A stretch of DNA of 64,000 bases, taken from contig JAYWIR010000017.1 of the NCBI GenBank assembly GCA_036172245.1, forward strand, positions 2,294,001-2,358,000. The letters are read 5' to 3'. Made by a program: the position numbers and the translations under genes. The notes beneath the pieces are model-generated. The model searched no databases. It was not told where the DNA came from and saw nothing but the letters and a program-made list of their open reading frames with translations. The DNA comes from Raillietiella orientalis. Taxonomy: Eukaryota. Each line of letters starts with the position of its first letter. Within the stretch, counting starts at the first letter, position 1. Positions 24,001-35,099 of this stretch are shown here, one piece after another.

Positions 24001-27000
24001 TTTTCGCCCGTGAGCGATGCGCTGGAAGCTGTGAGCCCGAAGATGCGGTTGGCTTCGGGCAGATGCGCGGCGCTCGGCGGCCCGGACGCTCGGATCCTGG
24101 CATGCCGGTCGTCCTGGCCTCTTGGCCAGCCGCGTTGGCGGCGGGAGGTTACAAATTTTCCTTCTTCGGGGGCCGGCGTGGTCGTTCGCGCGCGTCCTGC
24201 GCTCCTGCTGCGCAGCTCCCGGCTCGCGTGGGTTCGCTCCCGTTCGGTTCGCAGGAGAGCGAGGCACGTATCTCACCATCTCTTCTTTCCTTTTTTGTTT
24301 CCCTCTGGTGTGAAAGAACAGCAACGGTGAGAAGAAGAAGAATGAAAAAGAAAAACCCAAGACGAAGAGAAATCGCCTCGGGCGACATGCGGTGAGACGC
24401 TTTGCCTTCGATCAGATACCGGAATTTCGGCGAGGCGCTGCGGGAGAATGGCGGCGGAGGCACCCTTCCGCGGCGGCTCAGAAACGCCATGGATGCTACA
24501 CCGAACCTCCTGGCAGCGCTGGCAATGTGAGGCTGATCTTATCGGTCGCGCTTCCCGCCGTCCGCGATCTTCGCGCGCGAAGGGGAGTAGCGGAGGAACG
24601 ACGCCAGCGCCGTCGGGTGCTTAGCGGCGTCTCCACGCACTTCTCCTTCTCTGGCAAGTCGCCGCGCGCGTCGACACGGAGGCGCAAGTGCTGGGAAGCT
24701 GGTCCTCGGGAGCATCCCGGGCGGCCGGATCCCGGGTTCCCTACCTTCCTTCCTACCTTCCCTTCCCTCCACAGCTCCGAGTTGCAGGCAGCCGCTCGCC
24801 CCTCCGGGCTCGTTGGCTGCTTGCGCGCGGGAACAAGACCTCGGTGCCCCGTCCGATTCTTCCCTTCCTCTGTCCAGAAGCGGAGGACCCCCTGAGCCGG
24901 ATGAAGAGGGCACCCAAGAGGAGGTTACGTAGAAGAAGACTTCCGGATTTTCCAGGAAAACTTTCCTGGAAAACGAAACGAAACAAGCCAACAAAAAAAA
25001 AATCCGGGAGATTCCCGAGAACGACCCCTGCGGCAGGAAAAGCGGGGGAGCCAGCAGGTTGGTGCACAAGAACGAGGGCACCTGCAGCAGCGCGCTCTTA
25101 CTGCTCGGCGTCTCGCTCGGAAGGGGAGGAACCGAAAAAAAAAAAAGCGCGTGGCGCGACCTCGCCGTCCGGCGGTGGCCGGCGGGAGCCGCCGCGGTCG
25201 AAGCCCCCACGGCGCACTCGCCGCTGCTTGGCGAGGAGGGTCCGGAGTGGTCCAGGGTGGGAGATCGCGCACCTCCGCTCGAAAGATTTCGATCGAAGGA
25301 GGCGCCCGGCGTGGCCTCTTGCAGGCGCTCGCGGGCCGCGTGCTCTCAGCGGTGCAGCCCGTTGCTAGGCAGAGCTCTCGAGCGCGGACACCCACTGTTC
25401 CGGCGCAAGGTGGAAGCCGGGAACCCTTCGGAATTTCTGGACGGAATGGGGAATGCGCGCGCAGGACGCGCGGGGAGCTGCTGCCCAGCCACCTCCAGCT
25501 CATGGGTCTGAGGAGGGGGGGGCAGCGACGCACGGTTGCATGGCGACGGTCTGGAGCGTGCTCGTCGCGAGAGGGAAGCGCACAGAGTCTTCTCTCTGCT
25601 TCTCGCGGTCGCCGCGCGGGGACAGCGGGCGTTCAGGATGCGTAGCTCTGCATCAGCTCCCTGAGGTCGTCGGCCAGGCAAGGGTGAGGCCATGACTACA
25701 CCTTCGGAGGAGGAGCTCTTGGCGACGAGGGATCGAGACGAATCCGAGAAACCGAGTTTTCAGACGACCTGTCCACCTGGCATGCCGACGAAGGACGAAA
25801 GGGCGCCGGCGAGGGAGCAGAGGGGGATCAGGTCGACGGACGGATGTGTGTGTGACGCTCCGACCTCTCCGAGGTCGCCCCCGGGAGACCCTCCCATTCC
25901 TGCCTCCCAGCGCGCAGACTGCGTGCGGCTTCTTCGGGTGGCGGCCGCGTGCCCATAGCTCGTTCTGGACGCTGCCGCTGCACCCGGGCAGAGGGTCGCC
26001 GGGAACGCCCCGAAGAGTCAGTCTGGGGGTCAGCCGAGAGCCCAGCTCCCTCGGGGCATCCCAGAAGTGCGCGAGGAAGCGCCCTCCTCACTGAGGAGGG
26101 AAGCGCCTCCGCCCACCTGTCGGCACGTGGCCTCGGGACGAACCGCCCGCGGCGGCGGCGGAGGCGGCGCGACTACTCGGCCAGGCGGACAGCGGCGAAT
26201 GACGCGGTGGGTTCCGGGAGGAGGGACAGGCTCTTCCCAGGGGAAGCGGCGGTGTTCCTGGTCCGCAGATCGGGCGTCCGAGAAAAGCCCGCTCGTGCCT
26301 TCCGCCCGTCGGGATGCAAAGAACTGCGAAGGGCTGCTGGTGCTGGGACCGCCTCCCGAGGAACCGACAGAGTCTCCGTGGGCGGGCTCGCTGAGTTTCG
26401 CGGCTCCCTGGTCCCGGTTGCAGTTAGGAGGCGACGAGGAGTAGGAAGAGAGGAAGGGGGAGGAAGAGGAAGGGAGGATGAAGAGGAAGGGAGAAGGAAG
26501 GGGAGACGGCGGCAGCGTTAAGAATTGCAGACTGTCGGGCCTGGGAAGGCTTTCGCCTCTGGCGCGAACTTGCCTGGGGGAAGAGGTGGAAGGGAGGGTG
26601 AGAGGGATGAGAAGGGGGTGACCAGAAGCCACTACCGGTGAGGCTCGAGTGCAGTTCCCGACTGTGGCGGCGGCGAGGTCCGCTCTGTGTGGACCGCGAG
26701 TCGAGGCGGCGGCCCTTCCGCTTCGCAACAGACCTTCCTGTGGCCACTTCGGGCACGCCGCCCTGAGAAAGGCGCACCTCGCCGCACTCTGCGTGATGAC
26801 AGTAGCCTCTCCGCTCTCCCGCTCAGGAAGAAGGCGGTCCTGTGAGGAGTCCTCGCCGAAGAGACTTCCGGGGTAGCCCCAGGGCAATGCGAGACGACAG
26901 ACGCCCTCGAGTCGTTGCGGATGGCAATGCTCACCCCCCCTCCGGGGAGAGGGGTCGTGGGGGAGGCCTCGTTTCCCGGAGAGACGCTGGACGGCAGGTG

Positions 27001-28950
27001 AGAAAGATCAGGTCAGTTTGCTAGAGGAACTGTGAGGGAGCTGCCGCTGGCCTGCCTCGGGGCAACCCAGTAGCTTCAGAAGAAGGAGGACACATCCTTT
27101 CTCTTGCGCATCAGAGGGGCTCCCGGATCTCGCCTCCTCCGCCCACCCCATGAGGGTGGCGCCTCTGCGGCTGCAGGGAAGGATGAGAGAGGCGGGATGA
27201 AGGGGTTGATTCCCCAGGGTGATGGCCCGGAACTCGGGATCAGGGAAGAAAAAGAGGATGAGTTCCCTAAGGGGAGCGGGCCCGTCCCGGCCTAGGTGGG
27301 TCTGACGAATGGAAGGGGGCGGAGGGTTTCCTTCCGCTCCCTACTAGCACGATTCGCTTCCTCGGCCCGCTCCCTTCCCGTGGGAAGATTCCAGAAGGTC
27401 TTCCCTTTCCCTATCCTCCCCTCCCCCTCTTCCTTTCGTCCTCCCCATCCTTCCCCTTCCTGCTTTCTGCCCCGCGTTCGTCACGGACCAGGAGGGTTCC
27501 CTTTCCCGGGCAGGCAGCTGCTGCCCCTGGCACTGGGGAGGGAGAAGCATCTGACCCCGGCCACGCCTCGAGGGGTGAACCTTCTTCCCCCAGGGAGGAG
27601 ACGCACGTAGACAGACCTTCTGCCATCTTGGTCTTCTTGGCATCTCCTCATCTTCCTCCCTCGGTCGTCACCCGCGAGACAACCTTCTCTTCCGCCGCCG
27701 CTTGTGCTCCCTCTGCAACTGCCCCTTTCCAGGAAGTGGGAGGGGACCGAAACTCCTTCCTGGTCGAGTTCTCCGCTTCCTCGGCCTCGTCGCCGCTGGG
27801 CGGTCGTCATCTCGCAGGACTGGGAAGCAATGACCCCGGTTTGGCCCTTCCCTCAGCCTTTCCAAGGAGTAGGAGGCTGTCCTGGGCACGTCCTTCCTTC
27901 AGGGAGAAGGGAGTCCAGTCTCGCGTCTCGAAGGCGGGCCCCTCCCGCCTTGGAGGCGTGTCTCTGGAACTTCCTTCGGTTCCTCCGTCGCGATCAGCGT
28001 GCCCCATCCAATTGAGGGGGGGGGGGGCGACGGGATAATTCCCGCGAGGCGCAACAAGAAATTTCCCTGGAGTCGACTCCAGGGCGGCAGCAGGGGTTCA
28101 GCCGCCTGCCTCCCCCGCGCAACGCGGTTGCCACGCGACCGCGTCGGTCCTTCCCCTAGCAGGCGGAGCATCAGTCCGGTCCGCCCTGCCCTGGAGGCTC
28201 ACGGCGGCTGATCCCCGACTCCAAGGCGACGAGAACTCCGGGCAGGTGACGGCGAACTTCCCCCTCCCCCGCCGGTGGCAAAAACCGGGCTACATGGCTC
28301 CTGCCTTCCCTCCCTGAGAGCGAAGGTTTGCAGCTGCTGTACTCCTGTACGGGAAGAAGCGGCGTCGCCCCCCTCCCTGCTCGAGGAGTTCCCCTTCGGT
28401 GCGCGCAGCCACCCTTCTCGCGGTGAGTGCCGCACGGTGGCGGGAAAGGAAGCAGCTGGAGGCGACCCCTTCGCCCCTGGCTCGGCGTCACGGGGTTGCC
28501 GGACGAACGTTGGGGTCGCCGCGCGTTCGCCCCATTGTTCCAGACCTTCCCCCGTTTCCCGGTTGCTCCTTTTGCCGCGCGCGCAGCGCAGCGCAGGCAA
28601 CCTCGGAAGGCTCTCGCGCTTCCGGGACGTCTTCCGCGTCCACGACTCCCGTCGGAGAGGCTGCGACCTCCGGTCGCCGGCGCGTCCCGTGTTCCAGCTT
28701 TGCCATTTTGTTTCCTCGCCTCGGGTGGAGTTTTCGGTTCCGCAATCCCCCGCTGAGAGGCAGGCGGCAGCCTCGTCGTCTGGGACCGGGCAACTCAAAG
28801 AAAAGGCTCTGAAACAGGTCGTAATGGAGGATCTCCCCATCCACGTGCGCTGCTTGTAGCCAGGCGTGGATAAAGTCCAGCGGGAGGCAACGAGCATTTC
28901 ATCCTCCTGAGCTTTTTTCTTCTCTCTCTCTCTTTTGCTCTCGGAGCGCA
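24000..28950 (-). mobile_element. Near-full-span but heavily frameshifted Tx1/L1-type LINE (ORF1, EN, RT), 3'-truncated, very GC-rich
   Basis: Minus strand order: ORF1 'RRRGRGSGELDQEGVSVPSHFL' (~27750), EN-like 'ARCAFLR' (~D.AFLQE, ~26770) and a GGD-like segment (~26350), RT 'GIRPPGMLPRTSFPALA' (~GVRQGCPLS..LF.LA, ~24720), 'IADG' (~YADD, ~24560). Confidence 0.6.
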
Positions 28951-29309
28951 AATCGACTCACCGCCTAAGAATTCTCATCCAGCTGCCCCCCCGCGCAGGA
29001 CGCCGGGGAGGGAGGCGGGCCCGTGGGGTGGCCAGCGTTTTTCCCCTCCCCTCCTGCTGCGCGAGGTTCCAGGCGCGCGGGTCCGGATATCCGCCGCGAG
29101 AGGGGGGCGCGAACCGCCCCGACGTTCCCACGCACGGCCCGAGGCGCTCCGAGAGATGCAGCCAGGCGGCGCGCGCCGACGCTGGGCGAGCATGGTGCGC
29201 ACAGGAGGTCGCGCCGCCTTCGGCGTCCCCTGGGCGCCTCCCGTTCTAGAACTGCGCGAACGCTGCCGGCGTGCGAGTGAAGGCGCAGGCGCGCTCGTAG
29301 ATGGCGTAA

Positions 29310-30720
29310 ACAGTAAACAGCGAGATAATAAAGTGTCAAATACGTAGTAAATAATAACAATTAGTATATTAGTAAAAATAAATGAATGGAAAAATTAGTA
29401 AATGGTAAATTAGTGTAATTAGTAAGTGGTAATTGATAGAAGAACTAGTGATTGATGAATCGAAGCATAATAGTACATAGCAAATGAAAATGAAGAGCAC
29501 CTGTGAATAATTATAAAAATAATAATAGCAGTAAATGGGCAGTTTTTAATCGTAACAATCTACAACAATCAGCAATCAACAACAATCTACAGCGACAATT
29601 AAGAAAACAAATCAACAATAATAGCTAATAAAAATCAAGAATTCGCAAGCATAAATAATTACGTCAGCAAATCGTTAAAATAATAATTAAATGAATGGTA
29701 ATGTATAATTCAATGAATAAATAAGCAAAACAATTAAAACAAGACTGATTATAAGCAAATAATCAAGATAAATAATTAAAACAACAAATAATTTGAATAA
29801 CAGAAATAAAATAACGTAAATAGGAAATAATTAAATTAAATAAATTAAATAATTAAAATAAATTAAAATTAAATAAATTAAATAATTAAAATAAATTAAA
29901 ATAAGCTAAAATACTTAATTAAAGCATCCAATTAAATAGAAACTGATTGACGTAAATAATCGAATAGCAACCAATCAAAATAGACAATTAAATGACCGCT
30001 ACTCACAATAAGAAATTAAATAGCGACAAACTAACAAAATAATTTAAAAAGCTAAATAAAATAAATAGTCGAAATAACAACAATCACAATGTAAAAAATT
30101 AAATAACTAATTGAAAGGACTAATTAAAACAGTGGATTTAAGACACCTAATGGGGAAGCACCTAATTAAAATAAATGATTATCAAAGTCAATAATTAAGA
30201 GAACTTATTAAAAAAAATGAAAACGAACCGACACAAATAATTAAAACAACACGTCAAGACAAATAATTAAAAAAAGACTTTGTGAAATTAATAATTAGAA
30301 CTTCCCATTAAAATGATTAAAACTAACCAAAACAAAAATTAAAACAACACACTAAACTATATCATTTAAAAACTGATTAAAATGAACAGTCAAAATGACA
30401 ATCAATAAGAAAAAAACAACGAATGGTGATCCAGAAAAAAATCATCAACAACAATGAGGGCAATGACTGAGTGATTGTAATAAAACATTAGGAGCAATGC
30501 ATCATAAATAATAAAAAAATAGTGAAGAATACGCAAACCATAAATAAGCAATAGATAAGCACAAGTGTTAAACAGCAGATAAGAAATTATAAAAAATAAA
30601 CAATAAAAAGCAAACAACAAATGCATAATAAATAAAGGATGGATAAGATACAACAAACAAGCGTCCAGTAATAAATGAATAAAAAATAAACGGTAAATAA
30701 ATAACAGACGAATAAGGAAC
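29310..30720. repeat. 1.4-kb AT-rich, strongly A-skewed low-complexity tract (aataattaaaa-type motifs)
   Basis: Direct reading. Includes a perfect 33-bp tandem duplication at 29834-29866/29867-29899. Sharp boundaries with GC-rich flanks. Confidence 0.95.
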
Positions 30721-33000
30721 AGATGAGTAGGTGGATGAACGGGGGTCCCGGTTTCTGGCAAATGGGCTGGCTCCCCAGTCCGGGTCGGCTCTCCCACGCG
30801 CCTTCGGTCCATTCCTGGGCGCTTCCGCGGATGAGTCAGTCGCGAGGCTCAGGCGTGCGTCTCGGAGGGCGAAAGCAGAACCACCGTCCAGTCAGTGGAC
30901 GGACGGGCGTCGGTGCCGACGCGTTCCTCCCGTGGACGGCGCAAGAGGAGGGCAAAAACAAAACAAGACGAAACAACCACAATGGAGGGAAAAAAAGGAA
31001 AGGGAAGAAAAGGAAAAGACGGAAGGAAAGAAAGGTGGTCGCGCTCGCGCATCCACGGGCGGCGCGCTCACGGGTTTATTGGCTTCTGAGGCTCCCAGCT
31101 CCTCGGAACAATAAAAACAACAACAACAAATCTCGCGTCCTCCGAGGCGTGCGATTTATGTGGCTCCCCCGTTCGAGGAGTCCAAACAAAAAGGCTTTCA
31201 CTTCCTTATCTCCCGGAATGGAATTTCTTTCTCCGAGAGGGGGGATGCGCCTCTTTTGTGTGCGCGCCATCCTCGCTCGATCCGGGCTCCCGCTCGCGGC
31301 TGGCGCCCAGCGTTCGTTCTCTCCGGGCGAAGCGACTCAGGCGCTTCCCGTCGTCAAGCGGGCGGGTCCCGCGGGCACGAGCGCGAAGAGGTCGCGCCGT
31401 GGATCAGCCGTGCTCCTCGAGTGGATGCCGGTTCCGAGAGAGCTCCAAGGAGCCCTGCCGGGGCCGCCTCTCGCGGTCGGCCCGCCGCCGCCTCTGCCAA
31501 AAGGAAACTTTTTCTTCCTGGTGCTCCTCCCGCCCTTCGCGCGAAAAGAGGCGCCGAAGCCCCCACGCGGCTCTTTTCGAAGCCGAGCCGCCTGCACGCA
31601 CGGACGGGCGAGGTTTCTCCGCAACTCCGGGGAAAAACCGCGACACTTCGCAGCGAAGATTCGTCATCGAGTTGGCTGGCTGTCTTCTGTCAAATCACCC
31701 GGCAAGAGGGTTGTTGAGTCCCGGAACCCAGGACGACCGGCCATGTCCGGGAAGCATCCGGTAGCTTCCGATGCGTTTGGTTCCGCTGTGGTAGCTCGCG
31801 GCGGCGCCCGTCCACCGCCGCTAGCGCGCGCCGTTCCCGGTGCAGCTCGGACGCCGGCAGCGGCGTCTCCAAGAGTTGCGTGGCGCCGCTAGCCGTAAAA
31901 ACGAGTTCTCACCGCGCCGGATTCCTGGGGGCGCGGAATCCGCGCAGGAGCTGCTAAGAGACTCCCACTCCGAGAGCCACAGGAGAGCGCTCTCCACACA
32001 GCGCAACGTCCCTCCGCAGGGAGCGGTGGTGGCAAAAACGCGGACAGGGTGCTCCGAAGGTGGCTCGGGGAGGCCTCCGGGATCCGAGAACGCAGGAACA
32101 GCGCACCGATGCGAGCGATCTGAAGGACGTTCCGGCCGCCGGGACCTCTGGGTGCCCGTTCAAGGGAATCTTTTGGGTTGTCCGCGGAGCGGGACTGCAT
32201 CCTGCGCAAGAAACGAGAGGCGGCCGTCGTTCGTCGCGTGCGCGCCCGTCGGCCCGCGGAAGGGTGGGGGAATGCTCCAAGGCAGTACTCCATGGGATCA
32301 CCACAGATCACCACAGGCAGGCGACTGAGGAGCACCACAGAATGATGTATTTCGTCCTCCACGCCGGGGTTTCCTTTGATGCCGCGGGACGTTTCGCCAG
32401 GGTGCTCGCGGCGGCGGACTGGCCGAACTTCGCCCGCCATTCTTTCGAGATCGAAGGACTCTGGATTTCTTCGGGACTCAGGCCCATCGGAAGGAACTTC
32501 GCTCTGCGGATGCCCAGGGTATGGTGAGGTCCCCAGGGATGAATTGGTACTCCGGAGGCGTTGAGCAAGGAGGGAGAGAGGTTTCATCCTTAGCGAGTGC
32601 ATCCACGTGGAAGAATCAATTTCTGGGTCCTTATCTGATCGAGAGTCTAATCTCATCCAAGTGGATTTTCTGTCCAATATCGCGACGCAGGGTGTGGCAG
32701 AAGATGCGTCTCAACTCCCATTTCTCGAACGGTCCTTCAGTCTGGGCGTTTATCAGGTGTCGTAGCTGCGGATGAGAAGAGGAGTGAGCCTGTCGCGGAG
32801 ATCCCGAGCTTCCAGTCGGAAAGTCGGCCGAGGAAAAAGGCAAACAACAAAAAATCTATTTTTTGAATCCAGGATGGCAAGAACTCCACGCGTCCTTCAC
32901 GTTAAATGGATGGTGGGGTGGGCCGCAGCTGCTGAACTAAAGCGCGAACACCCTGGCTACGGCAGGATCAAGGCAAATTCATCTTTCGCAACCTGTGAGG
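30720..33000 (-). mobile_element. Tx1/L1-type LINE ORF2 relic (EN + RT)
   Basis: Minus strand order: 'FNVK' (~32900), 'EMGVET' (~GVA), 'FIPGDLT' (~GDFN, ~32523-32543), 'PGIRRGENSF' (~PG.DG...EF, ~31900), 'SMTNLRCEV' (~SL.N.DYKI, ~31660). Confidence 0.6.
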
Positions 33001-33314
33001 AGGGGTCGACGCGTTCGTCCCCAAGGAGGAAGGAAAATTTTTGCTGTTGTTGTTGGCCACTCCCGTACCTCGAACGTGCTCTTTCAAGCTGCTGCTGAGC
33101 GCTGGAGCTGCGCCCCACTCGAGTTGACGGGAGGGAAGGTTTAGACTCCAGCCAATCATCATTCTCATCTTTTAATTTTTCTTCATAGAAATAAAATGCA
33201 AACTTTCCCTGCAAAGATCCCTCTTTTTCTGTTCGCTGAGGTCTCCCCTAGATAGAAAGGGAGCGAACTCCGAGATCCTCGGCCCTTCCTTCTCGGGCAG
33301 GCGGCATGATTTCT

Positions 33315-33489
33315 CTCATTCCTCTTCTCATATGTAGCCACGACACCTGATAAACGCCGAAACCGAAGGACCGTTCGAGAAATGGGAGTTGAAACGCATC
33401 TCCTACCACACCTGCCTCGCGAGATTGGACAGAAGATCCACTTGGATAAGATTGGACTCTCGATCAGATAAGAACCCAGAAATTAATTC
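33315..33489 (+). repeat. Inverted copy of 32613-32788 (LINE endonuclease segment)
   Basis: Reverse-complement match over ~175 bp, e.g. gaaggaccgttcgagaaatgggagttga, atccacttggat, gactctcgatcagataag. Confidence 0.92.
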
Positions 33490-34099
33490 AAGCTGAAGAG
33501 ACGATAAGAGGAAAAGGTTCATTTATGGACGTGGCGTTACAGTTTTGGAGCAGGTGGACCGAGGGGGTGTTGCACGGACTTTGAGATGGAAAAATGTTTC
33601 TTAATCAGGCAAGAAGCAGCAAACAATTTGAGCTCATGTTTACCCTTCAGAAGAGCAAGTACCAGACAGAGTCATTCTGCGCTGGCAGACTTCGGAAATA
33701 TTGAGCAAGAAGTTCCCTGAGTGTGCAGAGGGCAGCTGGGCTGCTACACCAATTCCTGAGTGCAGTGGCAAGCGTTACTGACTTTAAATTCCACCTTATG
33801 CTGTGCGCGCTAGTTGAGGATGCGGTTTTGCATGCCAGCAGAATGCAATGGAACGTGCTGATGGTCTCGAATGTACGAACGGTGTGCCTGATCCTAGAAA
33901 TTTGATACGAAATCATTCCTCCTCGTTTGCCATAACTTCATCATTGGAACGAGAACGTGAAAAGGAAAGAGAAAAAAAAGGAAAACTCGGTTTTCCGAAA
34001 GCTCGGGAGAACAACTGAGAACTTCCGAGTTGACTACAAAGGGAGGAGGAGGAAGAAGAGAGGAAGAAGAGAGGAGAAGAGTTTACGCAGGGACTTTCC

Positions 34100-34900
34100 A
34101 CTTTGAAATTTCCAGCAGCACCTACGATCTGGACCTCGAGACGAAGACGTGCCTTCTCAAGCAAACAAACTTAAGTTCCACGCAAGCTTTTCCATAGGGA
34201 CATTCATACATGTCGCTTGGCCGCATCCAATCGATCAAAGACTGGTCAACGAACTGGTAGAACTTGGTCAGTTGGAGGAAAATGCGAAACCCCAGCCCGA
34301 AAAGTCTTTCGCTACTCCGAAATATCTTACAGAGCCCACGGCTCGCCTAGACTCCACTTCCAAGGATGCTGAAAGAAGAACAGCTTCTTCTGGACCGCGT
34401 CGGAGGTCATGCGGTCACAGTATCCGAGCATGACACCAAGCGTCGCGGCTTCGAATACTCGGAAAGAATCGACGCCGAGAAAGGGAATGAAGGGATCCAG
34501 ATAATAAAGAAGTACTACAGGACCTCGGAATTCCGAAGAAGCGCTTGGGGACGATGTTTGAACCCGGCTGCTCAGGGACGTTTATTTTGAAACAAGAACA
34601 AAATAAACTATAAAGAGGAAGGGGAAGAAGAATATCCCTTATGAGGGCTGCTGCTATGCTGGTGGCCTTTCTTCGCCGCGAACTTGTTCCAGCTCATGGC
34701 AGACTGTCACTGGTGGTGCGGATGCAACCGATTGCTGCGGTCACAGCGCCTTTTTTCAGTCCACTTCTTGTGAAAAATCGCCGCAGCAAGGTGATCTCAT
34801 CTGCCAGAAGGTGGTGACGATAAGGTGGCTTCGTTTGTCCGGTACTCCAGCGACATCTTTGCAGACCATCTCACGCGGAAGACTGACAGCCAAGTGCAGT
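34100..34900 (+). pseudogene. Possible LINE ORF1 fragment with decayed zinc knuckles
   Basis: 'IHVAWPHPIDQRLVNELVELGQL' followed by several Cys/GH-like remnants at 34620-34810. Confidence 0.3.
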
Positions 34901-35099
34901 CGGAGAATACCAGCGATCAGCTCTCGCGAAACAGAGGACAGGAAACTGAAGAAGCAGCATGATGAGGGACGACGAGCGTCTCAGATGAATAGAGAAGGAA
35001 TCACGGAAGAATGTCAAGAGCTACCCCCATGTCATCTAATTGTGAATCAAAACAATAAAGATCAAAAAAATCTGCTGTCAGAGGACCATTTTTTGCTGT

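Noticed and set aside
23800..29300. Many overlapping 150-285 aa ORFs on both strands
   Set aside because: Expected from the high GC content; only scattered frameshifted LINE motifs are interpretable.
30723..31892. Longest ORF (389 aa, + strand)
   Set aside because: Low-complexity Arg/Pro/Gly/Ala translation antisense to a LINE RT relic in GC-rich DNA where stops are rare; no recognisable domain.
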